From Chrysomallon squamiferum (taxonomy: Eukaryota > Animalia > Mollusca), in contig CM022667.1 of assembly GCA_012295275.1 (NCBI GenBank), positions 1,798,001 to 1,862,000 on the forward strand: a stretch of 64,000 nt of DNA, read 5' to 3'. The notes under the pieces are model-generated. The model ran no database searches. It worked only from the letters and a program-made list of their open reading frames with translations, and was not told where the DNA came from. Below are positions 11,431 to 25,806 of this stretch, piece after piece; within the stretch, counting starts at the first letter, position 1, and each line of letters begins with the position of its first letter. A program made the translations under genes and the position numbers.

Positions 11431-11720
11431 AAAATTATATGTACTAAATGACCTCCCAGTAATCTGTATTTGTAACAAGATACTGAAATTTTAATTAATG
11501 TTTTTTTCATATGTTACGAACGTTCACATATATATATGTATGTATATAAACGTCGACAAAAATCTGAAAAACGTCGATAAACTAATTTCTTAAAACGTCA
11601 GCTGTTGACATAAAAGAAGAACGCTATCTGTGTTCCGCTGATTTCAGATAATGAAACAACTTTTCTAAATTACGTCAAGCATAAATTTCACAATTAGAAA
11701 ATGTACGTTTCTGAAACTTT

Positions 11721-11793
<73 letters not shown>

Positions 11794-12973
11794 ATGTGTG
11801 TGTGTGTGTTTGTGTTTGTGTGTGTATGATGCTAGGAATTGCCTGTTTCTCAGTACATGCGCACTATTAACAAAATGCATAGAGTATTATGCTATTTTAA
11901 CAAATAACCATGGAATATTTTCTTTACAAATTTTTATATTATCAGTCAATAATCGTGAAAATTTAAGTCTGTCAAAAATATGGATAGCGTAACTGTTATG
12001 ATATATTTTCACTTTGGTAGCGATCTCTGAATCATTCCTAACTAATGGCGGCACAAGTTTTGATCAACATTCTAGATAAATGAGTTATTAATACCAATTA
12101 AACATCGTCCTTCTAGAGATTATTAAATAATTATCTTTGTGTTAGCTAATTTTGTTGACGTTATGACCAGTTAATTAACGTCATTATGTGTAATCTGTTT
12201 TGACGTTACGCCCAACCTTTCATCTTTTTGAGATGTCGGCATTTTGTCGTGTCAACGATTTCACTATTACCCACCTGACCTATGGCACCTATAAATTATT
12301 TATTCATATTTATTTTATGTCTTGAACCGACGAGACCTACCGGTATTTCAAAAGCAGGATTAAACATAATTATTAGTAATAGATAACAGTTGCAATCAAC
12401 AGACGTTTATGTGTTATTTTAGTAAATTAACATGTTAACAAAAACATGGCTTGAATGTTATACTTCTGTAAAATAGCGTGTGTTAATGAATTGACGAAGT
12501 AGAGCTGAACACGAATTGGCTGTTAAATACTTCTCAGCCGTAGTCATCAGTTATTTATTTTGCTGACAATATTAAGGAATGTTTGTTTAATGCCATTTAA
12601 CACAGTATAAATGGTCATTAGGTATCAAAAACCATATTTTTGTTGTCATTGTCATTGTTATTATTATTATTGTTGTTGTTGTTGTTGTTATTACTATATA
12701 TATATAATTTATTTATTTATTTATAGAGCAGGGAGAGACAAAGTGTAGCATCTTTTATTGATTAGCTGTTACGGATATCTTAAATGTACTTTCTCATAGT
12801 CAGAATATAGCTTTAGATGCATACATAATTTATATCATCCAAAACTGCTTATTTTGTTTTCCTCTTCATCTTCTCTAGTTCATCTTTTTTTTTTTTTTTT
12901 TTTTTTTTTGGTCTTGTTGTTTTTGATTTGATTTTCTAGGAGACATTTTCGTAAATAACCTTTAGATAAGAAG

Positions 12974-13009
<36 letters not shown>

Positions 13010-13613
13010 TAATTCATATATTTATTTTACGTATTACAATTTCGTTTCGATTTGTTTTCGTCTGGCGCGAGGGAGTCGGGCTAGCTGACCTGCGACACGT
13101 GTGCGAAACTGAAGAGGGTCGACAAGGGACGCAATCAACGACTTCCTGTGACGGAGCTCGTCCTTATAATCATCATCACCTTACTCAGCCGAACCCAGCG
13201 TTACAGAGAGCTGACCACGTCAGCGTTAAAAAAAAAAAAAAAAAAAAAAAAATTGGTTAAATCAAAGTAAAGTCAGAGATGATGAATTGGAGCGGTTTTG
13301 AACACGATACTTCAAATCGAAAAACGCCCTCAAGTACCAGAACGTAAGAGCCGTCTGTGACACAGGCGTATTAATTTCGGAGTCGTCTCCTTGAGATTAA
13401 TTTTTTTTTTCCAAACCATCTAGAACCGAGGCACCGAAACCGCAGAAGTAATAGAGACGAAGCTGACTCGCTAGACGTCTCATCTCTCTGACGCATCTAA
13501 TAAGCTGTTTGGTTTTTATTGAACGAAATGCTGTAACTCAGTGACTCCGCAAGTTGCTTTAAATCACTGGGCAGATTTCCTCAGAGGAACCGTTGGGTTG
13601 CTGTTGTCTGAAA

Positions 13614-13718
13614 ATACATACATACATACATACATACATACATACATACATACATACATACATACATACATACATACATACATACATACATACATACATA
13701 CATACATACGTACATACA

Positions 13719-13750
<32 letters not shown>

Positions 13751-13848
13751 CATACATACATACATACATACATATTACATCCATACATTCATACACCCAT
13801 CCATCCATCCATACATACATACACAAACATACATATATACATACATAT

Positions 13849-13879
<31 letters not shown>

Positions 13880-13951
13880 CATACATATATACATACATAC
13901 ATACTTACATATATACATACATACAAACGTACATACGTACATACATCTATA

Positions 13952-14028
<77 letters not shown>
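13614..14028. repeat. Compound microsatellite (TACA)n-(TC)n-(TA)n
   Basis: Directly visible; source of several spurious YIHT/MYVC ORFs. Confidence 0.95.
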
Positions 14029-14032
<4 letters not shown>

Positions 14033-14782
14033 TTATTTATATGTGTATGTGTGCGTGCATGCCTGTACATATTCTAGCTTCATCTAATTACTTGGGATTT
14101 TTTTTAACAAAAATGTTCTGTTTTTATCATGTTATTATCCCCCAAAAAATATTCTACACCTATTCTGACTAATATTTAACAACAATGTCAGTAAACAGAT
14201 TTTAATTACAGTCTTCAATAAACAAACAACGGCCAATAATAATTAGTTCTATTTCCAGATTGCATTATAAATCCAGAAACACGTCTGACAAATTAAAACA
14301 TGCACTCATTGACATTCGAAGTCAGTTCAAAAACCTTTTCTGTGATTTGTGAAAAAGTAAATGCTGCATAATTACTTCCTCTTTTCACTTTTGTATGTAC
14401 GTAAATAAATATATATATATATATATATAAACTGGCAGAACATATGACGTTGTTACTCAGCTGAAGTAGAAATCCTCATGAGAATAGTGTTGATTTTCGA
14501 CATCTAACATGTTAATGTATTAAACGAACAATAACGTGCTCTAGTGGATGATAGTTTTAGTGCTTAATGAGGTCCTTGGTAAACAGTCCATGGTCTTAAT
14601 GGCATTATCGTTGTTGTTATTGTTTTCAGTACATTGCTAATAGCGACGACAAGCATGTTTTTGTTGTGCTTTTTTTATTGTTGTTGTTGATTTTTGATGC
14701 ATAAAGTATAAAAATACGGGAATAAATTAAAGAATATTTTTTTTTGTTACACTTCAGTACACTGTAATATTAATGAATGAAT

Positions 14783-15210
<428 letters not shown>

Positions 15211-15527
15211 ATACATATTAATTATTTAATTGTAAAATTCACCTTTGCTGTTCTCGTCCGTTTTACAAAACGTAGAAAGTTCTGGAAAATATCTTGATTC
15301 TGTATTATGTTTTCTATTATTATTCTTATTTTTTTTTTTTAAAAACATTTTTTATTGACTTTAGTGTTGTATCTGAACGTAGAATCTTGATGTAGCGGTT
15401 AAACCATTCATTAACAGCGTGTTACTCGACGTTAGCATTTTTTTGACATATTCTTTTGTAGTATGACAGAAAGTAATTTGCTGTGGTTAAATCCACATTA
15501 GCTGTCGTAATCGCTGAATTGATTTAT

Positions 15528-16021
15528 CAGGGGCGGATCCAGGGGGGGGGGTGTTCTTAAACATTTGAAAAAAAAAAAATGATTCTAAATCAAGCATCGT
15601 TTTTGTTTAACTTGAGTCATGATCCTAATACGAAGTGATCTAAAAGCGGCGGTTCTAGAAGATGGTTTCAGACATTAGTTTAAATCAAAACGGCATACAT
15701 CCAGTTAATTATAATCGATATTGTAGTCTCCTTACTGATCTAATAGATGCGGATCAGGTGGGTGGTTTTTGTGGACGTTAAAACATAACTAAATTAAAAT
15801 GACATAATTCCATCTGGCTATATGTATTTTGACCCATACCCTACTGCCTGAACTCACTAAGAAAAACTAACTGATGTTGAGACAAGTTTAAATTATGATA
15901 ACACAACTCTTGCAACTAAAGTTTATGTTCTGATATGGCCGTGGCGATTCCATGTATATCACCGTGTGAATTAAACCTGGGAAAAATCATGTTTTGGACG
16001 ATGATCTTAACTCTCCTAACG

Positions 16022-16055
<34 letters not shown>

Positions 16056-16294
16056 TATAACTGACAAACCAGGGCGTTAATTTTATGATGGCGATATGTA
16101 TGTGTATGTGTATGTATGTATGTATATATATATATATATATAAAAGGTATCTTTCTTACTTTCTTCTTCTTCTTTTTATTATTATTATTTTTTAAATTAT
16201 TACTCTGTATGTATATATATATATATATCGATTACAGTATGTCAACACAATAACCACGCTCTAAAACCTTTGTGTAATTCTGGTTCGGCCCCTG
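15528..16294. mobile_element. Non-autonomous DNA transposon (MITE) with 15-bp terminal inverted repeats
   Basis: Left end CAGGGGCGGATCCAG (15528-15542); right end CTGGTTCGGCCCCTG (16280-16294). The two are 13/15 reverse-complementary, GC-rich ends in AT-rich DNA, with no ORF between them. Confidence 0.6.
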
Positions 16295-16520
16295 AATGTA
16301 AAAAAAAAAAATAATTATGATTACTGTAAAGGAAGTTCAATATATTCTGCCAACGTTCTGTTGTTAACTTCCATCGATCTGTATCTAGTATTATACGCCG
16401 CCTTTAATACCATATGTAGCTGTATTGTAAACAGCTATAGTATAAACGATGTGTGTGCTGGCTTTTAACACGTAGGACCTACCTTTGGAATAACAAACAA
16501 CAACAACAACAACCAAATAC

Positions 16521-16872
<352 letters not shown>

Positions 16873-19769
16873 TTCACCTGTGTATATTGCTCTGAAAGTG
16901 TAGCTTTGATGAAACGAATAAAATAGTCTAAATATATTCTCTATACTTTCCAAGTTATGGTTTATTTATCTTTTTTTTTTTTTTTCCTTTTGTCATCCAT
17001 TTTTAATTAACAACTAAAAATAATAACTAATGAATTAAGGTTTTGTAGCCGCCATTTTGTTAGTCATTACGTCATCGCTTACAGCGTGTATCAGTTTGCT
17101 CTAAAAGTATCTTTTAGCATTATTAGAGAAAATACATCTTTCAGGTACCCTTGCATGCAGGTGATTATTACTGAAGAGTTAAGACTCGCGCTATTTAAAT
17201 GTTTTGAATTGTATTATTTAATTGTCTTATTTTATTGTAAGCGGTGATCGATCGTCCAAGAAAAACAATAAAATAAAAAGTCAAGAGTATAAAAATTGAT
17301 TAGATCATTTATTCAGACTGTCACAAGAACACGTTAATAATGTAGATCTGTGTGTTATCCTGAAGTGTATCTGTGTGTATGTGTGTCTGTTTGTCTGTCT
17401 GTATGCATATGTTTTTATCTATCTATCTGTCTGTCTATCTATCTATCTATCTGTCTGTCTATCTGTCTGTCTGGTTATCTATCTATCTATCAATCAATCA
17501 ATCAATTTATCTGTCTATCGATCTATCTATCTATGTATGTATGTGTGTGTGTGAATGTATGTATGTATACATGTATGTATGTATCTATCTATCTATCTAT
17601 ATGTAGTTGCGTGTGTGAATTTATATATATACATGTGTTCTAATATATTTATACATATGTAAAAATGTATATGGACATTTATATACATGTAAACCCGTAG
17701 GTGTAAGTGTACACATACACAGTATCTGTGTGTGCGTGAGTGAACAGATGTTTTTATCTATCTATCTATCTATCTATCTATATCTCTATATTCACTTTTA
17801 TTTTTCAGAAATCTCAAACGTATACAGTTTCAAAATAATTCCGTCTTTAGTCCATATAATCGGTTTTCCTACAATCAATCTATCAAAAAAAAAAAAAAAA
17901 AAAAAAAATAGATTCTATATCTTGAAGAATTTCTCTCTCCCCGCTTTACGAGCAAAAATATTTCTGCGGCAAACGGTTTCCAAGGATTTTTTTTTTTTTT
18001 TTTTTTTTATAACTGGTATCCTGCGACGCTCGCCTAGGAAGTAGGAACAAAATCGATGTTGTACTGAAGTATTTGTCGGGTTCTCGGTTTTTCCCGCTGG
18101 ATTATAAAGCCACAGGCTAACGTTGTAGGTTTTATTTGTATTTTCTCCAGCGTAATTGTACAGACGCACGACGCATCCACGGGAGACGTATTTGCCATTG
18201 TTACCGGCAGCAGACGGCTGGAAAGTACTTCATTACTGTATCTCTCGCCTCTTCCGATCGGCGCTAGCCTGCTAGCTAAGTGGATATAACGTGTTTTTCA
18301 AGAACGAGAAGGAACAACAAAAGTACTGTTTTTTTTTTTGCTTGTTTTTTTTTTTTATTAATCTTCTTCTTCGTTGTTTTTTTTTGTTGTTAATTTCTTC
18401 TTTTTTACTTTTTTTTTTTAAATTTTGGATTGAAAAGGATTTGGTGATGTTAAACCAATCGATAAATGGCGACGTACTGCCTTTTAGAAAACACCTGTAG
18501 TTTTAGTGTAGATCAAACGAGTCGATAAATATAATGATAATACGTTGGTAATGTGTCCGGCTACGTCACTGAATGATATGCAGTGTATTCCAGTTAGCAG
18601 ACGTCATTTGTGAAAATATCCGTACATGATGATTTCCGAAACTCGTTATTTGTTGGTCTTTATAGTGAAAAAACCAAACAACCTACAACAACAAAAAAAC
18701 ATATCTGACAGTTAATACAGCAGAGTCCTAGATATTAGTTTGGGCTGGAAATGTATAGACGAATAACAACCGCTATTGGAAGATTATTTTATACGTTTCA
18801 GTGCTCGTAAACAAACAATAGCTTACATCAGCGACTTCATGTGAAAAATACGACTCCAAAAAAGATAAAATAAAAATAACTAATAAAAAGAATTCCTATT
18901 GAGGATAACATTATTAATCGATATCGAAATCCAGCTGATTACATTGATACTAATTAATGTTTTGCTATCATTTCATTTTTTCCATCCACCGTAGATAACG
19001 ACGTGGGTAAATATATGCTGTATATACAACGGTAACAGCTGAACTGCTGTCTGACTGAATCTTTTTTTTTTTTTTTTTTTTTTTTTTTTGATTTTTAAAA
19101 AAAGAAGCACACGAATGTATTTATAACGAGTAATCTGGAATTAACATCGGCCAAGTTCTCTGGACAGCCTGTTTTGTGGATAAAGGCTACAGTTCTAGGA
19201 AACAGAGTGTAGTCAAACAGGCTACAGTTCTAGGAAACAGTGTGTAGTCAAACAGGCGAGTTAATATGACAGAACTGTGTTTTGTGGATCGACCGAAATT
19301 TGAGTGTCGATGACGTTTGTCACGCAGGAACTGGTAATAACGTTCACACAATGGACGTCATTTTGAAAAAAATAAAAAATAAAAATAAATGAAAATTAAT
19401 ACGAAATGAGGATTACGAAAAAGTGAATATGGAAGGTAAAATCTTTTGTTAGTTTGGATATAACAAAACAGTGCAAATCAAAATTAATAATATAAATAAA
19501 TATATATATATAAAAAAAGAAAAAAAAAAAAAAAAAATCCATACTTGTTTGTCTTCTCGGAAATACACCAACAATGATGGATGAAAATATACGTCAAAAC
19601 TACACGAGTACGATAACAAATGCGTTGAAGCTTTTCTTTGTTTTCTTTTCTGCCAGTGGATTTTTTTTTTAAATGCGGAATACAAGTTTCAAGAAGAGGA
19701 AATCTTTTCAGTTCGTCGCCTTTAAACAGAACAAAGATTTTAACATCCCCAAAAAAAAAAAAGCGGAGA

Positions 19770-20171
19770 TTATAGTGATGATTATTTGAGTAAAACGTAC
19801 CCGGTTAAACGGAAGAAGATAATAAGAATAGTGAATTAATCGTATCCCGACAAATGGAGGAAGATATAGTGTATATTCAGTAGAACGTACCCGGGTATAC
19901 GAAAAGATGATTATAGTGTAATTTTGAGTAAAACGTACCCGGCTAAACGGAAATATGATATAGTGTATATTAGTGTATATTGAGTAAAACGCACCTACCC
20001 GACTAAACGGAAAGATGATTATAGTGTAAAATTCTGAGTAGAACGTACCTACCCGGCTAAGCGGTAGATGATGATGATGATACGGTGTGTATGAAATTAA
20101 TCGCACGGAGTCACGCGGAAGATGGTAATTCAGTGTAGCTAATTAATCGCAGTCAGTTAAACGGAATAATG
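19770..20171. repeat. Degenerate ~45-55-bp tandem repeat (core GAGTAAAACGTACCCGGCTAAACGGAAGATGATTATAGTGT), ~8-9 copies
   Basis: The core recurs at about 19788, 19879, 19926, 19982 and 20037, with more diverged copies between and after. Confidence 0.85.
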
Positions 20172-20235
20172 TTTACGAGTGATGAAATTGCCAAAAGTCG
20201 CAGACGCCGCAAACAGTGGACAGCTCAGGCGTATG
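20169..20235 (+). other. Candidate first coding exon end of an unidentified gene
   Basis: Consensus donor ATG|GTGAGT at 20235/20236, preceded by GC-richer open frames (ATG20169 MFTSDEIAKSRRRRKQWTAQAY; ATG20182 MKLPKVADAANSGQLRRM) and followed by T-rich intron-like sequence. No homology recognised. Confidence 0.4.
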
Positions 20236-21829
20236 GTGAGTTTTTGTTTCTGCCATTTTTATTTTAAATTTCAGACGTTTTAATTTTATTATTATTATTA
20301 TTATTTTTTTTTTTTACCAATGTAATAACATGTTTGTCTTATTCATTATGGCGGATGTTTTTTTTTTTTTTTTTACAGGTTATAGGTCATGAATCATATT
20401 TGTCATTTATTTATTTATTTATTTTTTTTTTTTTTGTAACAATTCAGTTGGGGAAAAATTCGTATAATGTTTATTTTAATAGGATAAAATTCGTATAATA
20501 TTATTATTTCAGTCAGGTAGAATTCGTATAACATGTTTATTTCAATTCGAGATATCATTTACATAGCCTTTTTAAATTTAAATAATTAAGTTTTTTCACA
20601 TAGTAGATACAATTCATGTTATAAACTTATTTTATCTGATAAACGTTTTATGTAAATAAATTCATAAATTTATTATGTTACTCTTTTGCATAACCTCCAC
20701 CGTCATGTGCCCTAAACTAAAAAAAAAAAAAAAAAAAAAAAATATAAAATAACATTTATTTAATTTTAAGTTTATTTCACGTAGTAAATATAATTTATAT
20801 GACATGCTTATGTCAGAACACATTATTTCTCATATAATACGTGTATTTCCGTGAATTAGATATATATTTAGTTTATTTCCCGTTTATTACCCATATAAAA
20901 CGTTCATGTGATTAAATAAGTTTATTTCATATAGTAGGTACCATAAATATTACATCCATATTTATTGTGAATGATTATTATGCATTTAAAACGTATTTTA
21001 GATATATTAAATTTATTTAAATTTTATAGATATAACTCGCATTAAACATTTATTGCAAGACATCATTTATATAACACGTTTATCTGATCAAATATGGTAG
21101 GTATAATTAATATTATACACTAACCTAGTCCGAAATGTTGTTCATATGATATACGTTTATTCGATATATTAGGTTTATTTCAAATTGTAGGTATAACTCC
21201 AAATATACAGTAGCTCCAAGTTATCATTTACATACAACGTTTATCAGATAAAATAAGTTTATTTGATAGAATATATATATATATAATTAATATTAAACAC
21301 TAACGTACTGTGAATTATTATTCAAATAACTTGTTTATCTGATATAATTAAGTTTATTACAGATAGTGCCTTTAATATATTATAACACAATATTGCGAGT
21401 GTTTATTTATTTATCAGACAGTAATATGTGTACAGTTCATATAGAACATTTATTTCCAAACAGGTATAATGCATATGACACGTTTATTTCAATATGAGTA
21501 TAATTCTGTAATGTTTATTTTGGTAGGATGTAATTCACATAATATTTTCTTTTTCAGTAGCTGTATAATTCAGTTATATACAATTTGTATAAATGGTTGT
21601 TATTGTTAAGTCACATTTCAGAATATATATATATATACACAGATATTATAACTACACTTTGATGTACATAATACTTAAGTTACATAACTCTTTTTAATCC
21701 TCTTGTGGATCGATTCGTATATAGCTACTCCCATCTAATACACACATATTTGACAGCGAATCATTTTGGCACACTGTTTATGATTTAGTTCACTTTTATC
21801 AAAGCACATGTTACATGTCCTGGTTTCTG

Positions 21830-23885
21830 ACAATGTTGAGTTATTACTCATATAACACGTTTACTCTTTGGTGAATTATTACTCATATAACACGTTTACT
21901 TAAGTGGTGAATTGTTACTCATATAACACGTTTACTTAAGTGGTGAATTATTACTCATCTAACACGTTTACTTCAGTGGTGAATTATTACTCATATAACT
22001 TGTTTACTTCAGTGGTTAATTGTTACTCATATAACTCGTTTACTTCAGTGGTGAATTGTTACTCATCTAACTCGTTTACTTCAGTGGTGAATTGTTACTC
22101 ATATAACTCGTTTACTTCAGTGGTGAATTGTTACTCATATAACTCGTTTACTTCAGTGGTGAATTGTTACTCATATAACACGTTTACTTCAGTGGTTAAT
22201 TGTTACTCATATAACTCGTTTACTTCAGTGGTGAATTGTTACTCATATAACTCGTTTACTTCAGTGGTGAATTGTTACTCATATAACTCGTTTACTTCAG
22301 TGGTGAATTGTTACTCATATAACTCGTTTACATGGTGATTGTTAACTCGTTTACTTCAGTGGTTAATTGTTACTCATATAACTCGTTTACTTCAGTGGTG
22401 AATTGTTACTCATATAACTCGTTTACTTCAGTGGTTAATATAACACGTTTACTTCAGTGGTTAATTGTTACTCATATAACTCGTTTACTTCAGTGGTGAA
22501 TTATTACTCATCTAACACGTTTAATGGTGAATTATTACTCATATAACTCGTTTACTTCATATAACACGTTTACTTCAGTGGTGAATTGTTACTCATATAA
22601 CTCGTTTACTTCAGTGGTGAATTATTACTCATATAACTCGTTTACTTCAGTTGTTAATTGTTACTCATATAACTCGTTTACTTCAGTGGTGAATTATTAC
22701 TCATATAACTCGTTTACTTCAGTGGTGAATTGTTACTCATATAACACGTTTACTTCAGTGGTGAATTATTACTCATATAACTTGTTTACTTCAGTGGTGA
22801 ATTATTATAACTGTTTACCTGAGTTGAATTGTTATAACACGTTTACTTCAGTGGTTAATTGTTACTCATATAACTCGTTTACTTCAGTGGTGAATTGTTA
22901 CTCATATAACTCGTTTACTTCAGTGGTGAATTATTACTCATATAACACGTTTACTTCAAATTATTACTCATATAACTCGGTGGTGAATTGTTACTCATAT
23001 AACTCGTTTACTTCAGTGGTGAATTATTACTCATATAACTCGTTTACTTCAGTGGTGAATTATTACTCATATAACTCGTTTACTTCAGTGGTGAATTGTT
23101 ACTCATATAACACGTTTACTTCAGTGGTTAATTGTTACTCATATAACACGTTTACTTCAGTGGTGAATTGTTACTCATATAACTCGTTTACTTGAGTTGT
23201 GAATTATTACTCATATAACTCGTTTACTTGAGTTGTTAATTGTTACTCATATAACTCGTTTACTTCAGTGGTGAATTGTTACTCATATAACACGTTTACT
23301 TCAGTGGTGAATTGTTTAATTTAGTGATGAATTATTACTCATATAACTCGTTTACTTCAGTGGTGAATTATTACTCATATAACTCGTTTACTTCAGTGGT
23401 GAATTATTACTCATATAACTCGTTTACTTCAGTGGTGAATTGTTACTCATATAACACGTTTACTTCAGTGGTGAATTATTACTCATATAACACGTTAATT
23501 GTTACTTCAACTCGTTTACCTGGTTGAATTGTTACTCATATAACACGTTTACTTCAGTGGTTAATTGTTACTCATATAACTCGTTTACTTCAGTGGTGAA
23601 TTGTTACTCATATAACTCGTTTACTTCAGTGGTGAGTTATTTCTCGTATAATAAGTTCACTTCAAGGATGATTTATACTCACATAACACGTTTACTTCAG
23701 TGATAAATTATTAGTCATGTAACATGTTTACTTCAGTGGTGAAGTATTACTCATCTAACATGTTTACTTCAGTGGTGAAGTATTACTCATATAACTCGTT
23801 TACTTCAGTGGTGAATTATTACTCATATAACTCGTTTACTTCAGTGGTGAATTATTACTGAGTTATGACATGTTTCCTTCAGAGT
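21830..23885. repeat. 36-bp minisatellite (CTTCAGTGGTGAATTGTTACTCATATAACTCGTTTA)n, roughly 55 units
   Basis: Near-identical head-to-tail units (12-codon period SVVNCYSYNSFT in the ORF track), with internal deletions and diverged edge copies. Confidence 0.97.
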
Positions 23886-24011
23886 GAGTCATTTCATGTA
23901 ATTTATTTTTGAACTAATGCTTTATGCTTCTTTTACTTTACTCAGTATATGGATTACGTTTTGGAATGATGGAATATTTATGCCATATGTTATGATTAGT
24001 GTATGTATAAG

Positions 24012-24105
<94 letters not shown>

Positions 24106-24879
24106 GACAAACACGTACACAAGGTCACATACACAGAGATATCTGATTCATCAGCAGTTGTTACTAAGACATACAAAACAGCAACGCAGTAGGAACTGTA
24201 GCAGCAGCAGCAGCAGCAGCAGCATCAACAACAACACAAAAACAAAACAAAAACAAACAACATCCTAAAAGAAACAACAATAAACAAACAAAAGAAGAAT
24301 AACAAAAACCACAAAAGCCCTAAGAAAGATTTTTAAAAACAGTTTTAAAACACTAATTCGTTTGGACACTAACTCACAAAAAGCCTATTACCAGACTGTC
24401 GCCGTGAACGGGTTTATGGGACAGCAGTCAGCTGTTGTAAAATATTTTATTTATGAAAACGTTTATTTTCAGACACGTTAAACACGGGCCTGTCACATGT
24501 CTTCAGATTACAACTGGACTGTGAAGCTGTCGCGGTGAACAAGGTTTATGATTCTCTCGCGTCATTTAAGTTGCAGTGAGATAAAGTTTCTGAATTACAA
24601 AAACAGTTGTAAATCGCGGTAGAAGTTGATCGATCTTCTTCTCAGTTGTGAAATTAACATTTAGAATTTATTTTAACACACACGGTCATTTGATATTTTC
24701 TTTTTAAACATTAATAAGTCAACCGCCTGAAGCGTGTTTATATTAACTTTTATAATAGGTTAGAAAAATTAGAACTAACATGCTGGTTCGCTTGAACTGT
24801 AAATATGTTAGTATGTTAAATATTGAAAAACAAAAACAAATTAAATAAAAAATAAAACACAAACACACGCACACACACA

Positions 24880-24922
<43 letters not shown>

Positions 24923-25618
24923 CCCCTCCGAAAAAAGAAAAACAAAAAAACAAAAAAAACAACAACACCATTAGGAGGTTAGAGTTGAAAGAATCTAGAG
25001 ATAGAAATATGTTTATGATAATACGTCAGTTAAAAGAAAGGACGAAGTCCCAGACAAGATCTGGATGAAGTGTGATTTAAAAAAACATTACTCAGCGTCA
25101 TTTGTCTCTGTCATCTCTCAGCTTGGGAATTGACGAAACAAAGTCAAGTAAGAGCGATATCATGATTCGATCCACGTACCTGTCATTCTTCAGTAAAAAA
25201 GGCTTAGCCACAGCTGCATCGATACTGCTGTTCGCTTTTTAAAAGAGCATTTAATCTGAATCACCACAAGTTAAAAATAAACTGCTGTGATTTCATTTCA
25301 TAGTTTCGTAGAACACCTGATTACAACGATACCAAAGGTTAAAAATAAAAATGATTGTTTTATCAGGAGTTGGTTTTACATAAACAGGTAATAAAGACAA
25401 GTGATATTACCACCAGTTCACGATAAAGAAGAAAATAGTGACATTACTTGATTGAAATTGCAGTTCGGATTTTGAATTTGATACAAAACTGAGAGAAAAC
25501 GTTTATTATTCTCTACATGTCTAGATTCATAAATAAATAAAAATGAAAAACCTTAAAACTCAATCCTCAATAAAATAAAATAAGAGAAAAACGTAAAAAT
25601 GGTACAGGATCAACAACA

Positions 25619-25806
25619 AACTACTACTGCTACTTCTACTACTGCTACTACTACTATTACTACTACTGCTACTACTACTACATACTACTACTGCTACTTC
25701 TACTACTGCTACTACTACTATTACTACTACTGCTACTACTACTGTTACTACTACTGCTACTGCTGCTATTTCTACTATATTACTACACTACTATTACTAC
25801 TACTTA
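25619..25806. repeat. (CTA/CTG)n trinucleotide microsatellite
   Basis: Directly visible. Confidence 0.9.

Noticed and set aside
21830-23885. Long ORFs (132, 223 and 71 aa) and a CRISPR-like 36-bp repeat length
   Set aside because: The units are contiguous with no unique spacers, there are no cas genes, and the context is eukaryotic. The ORFs are a by-product of a stop-free 36-bp unit and are broken by frameshifts.
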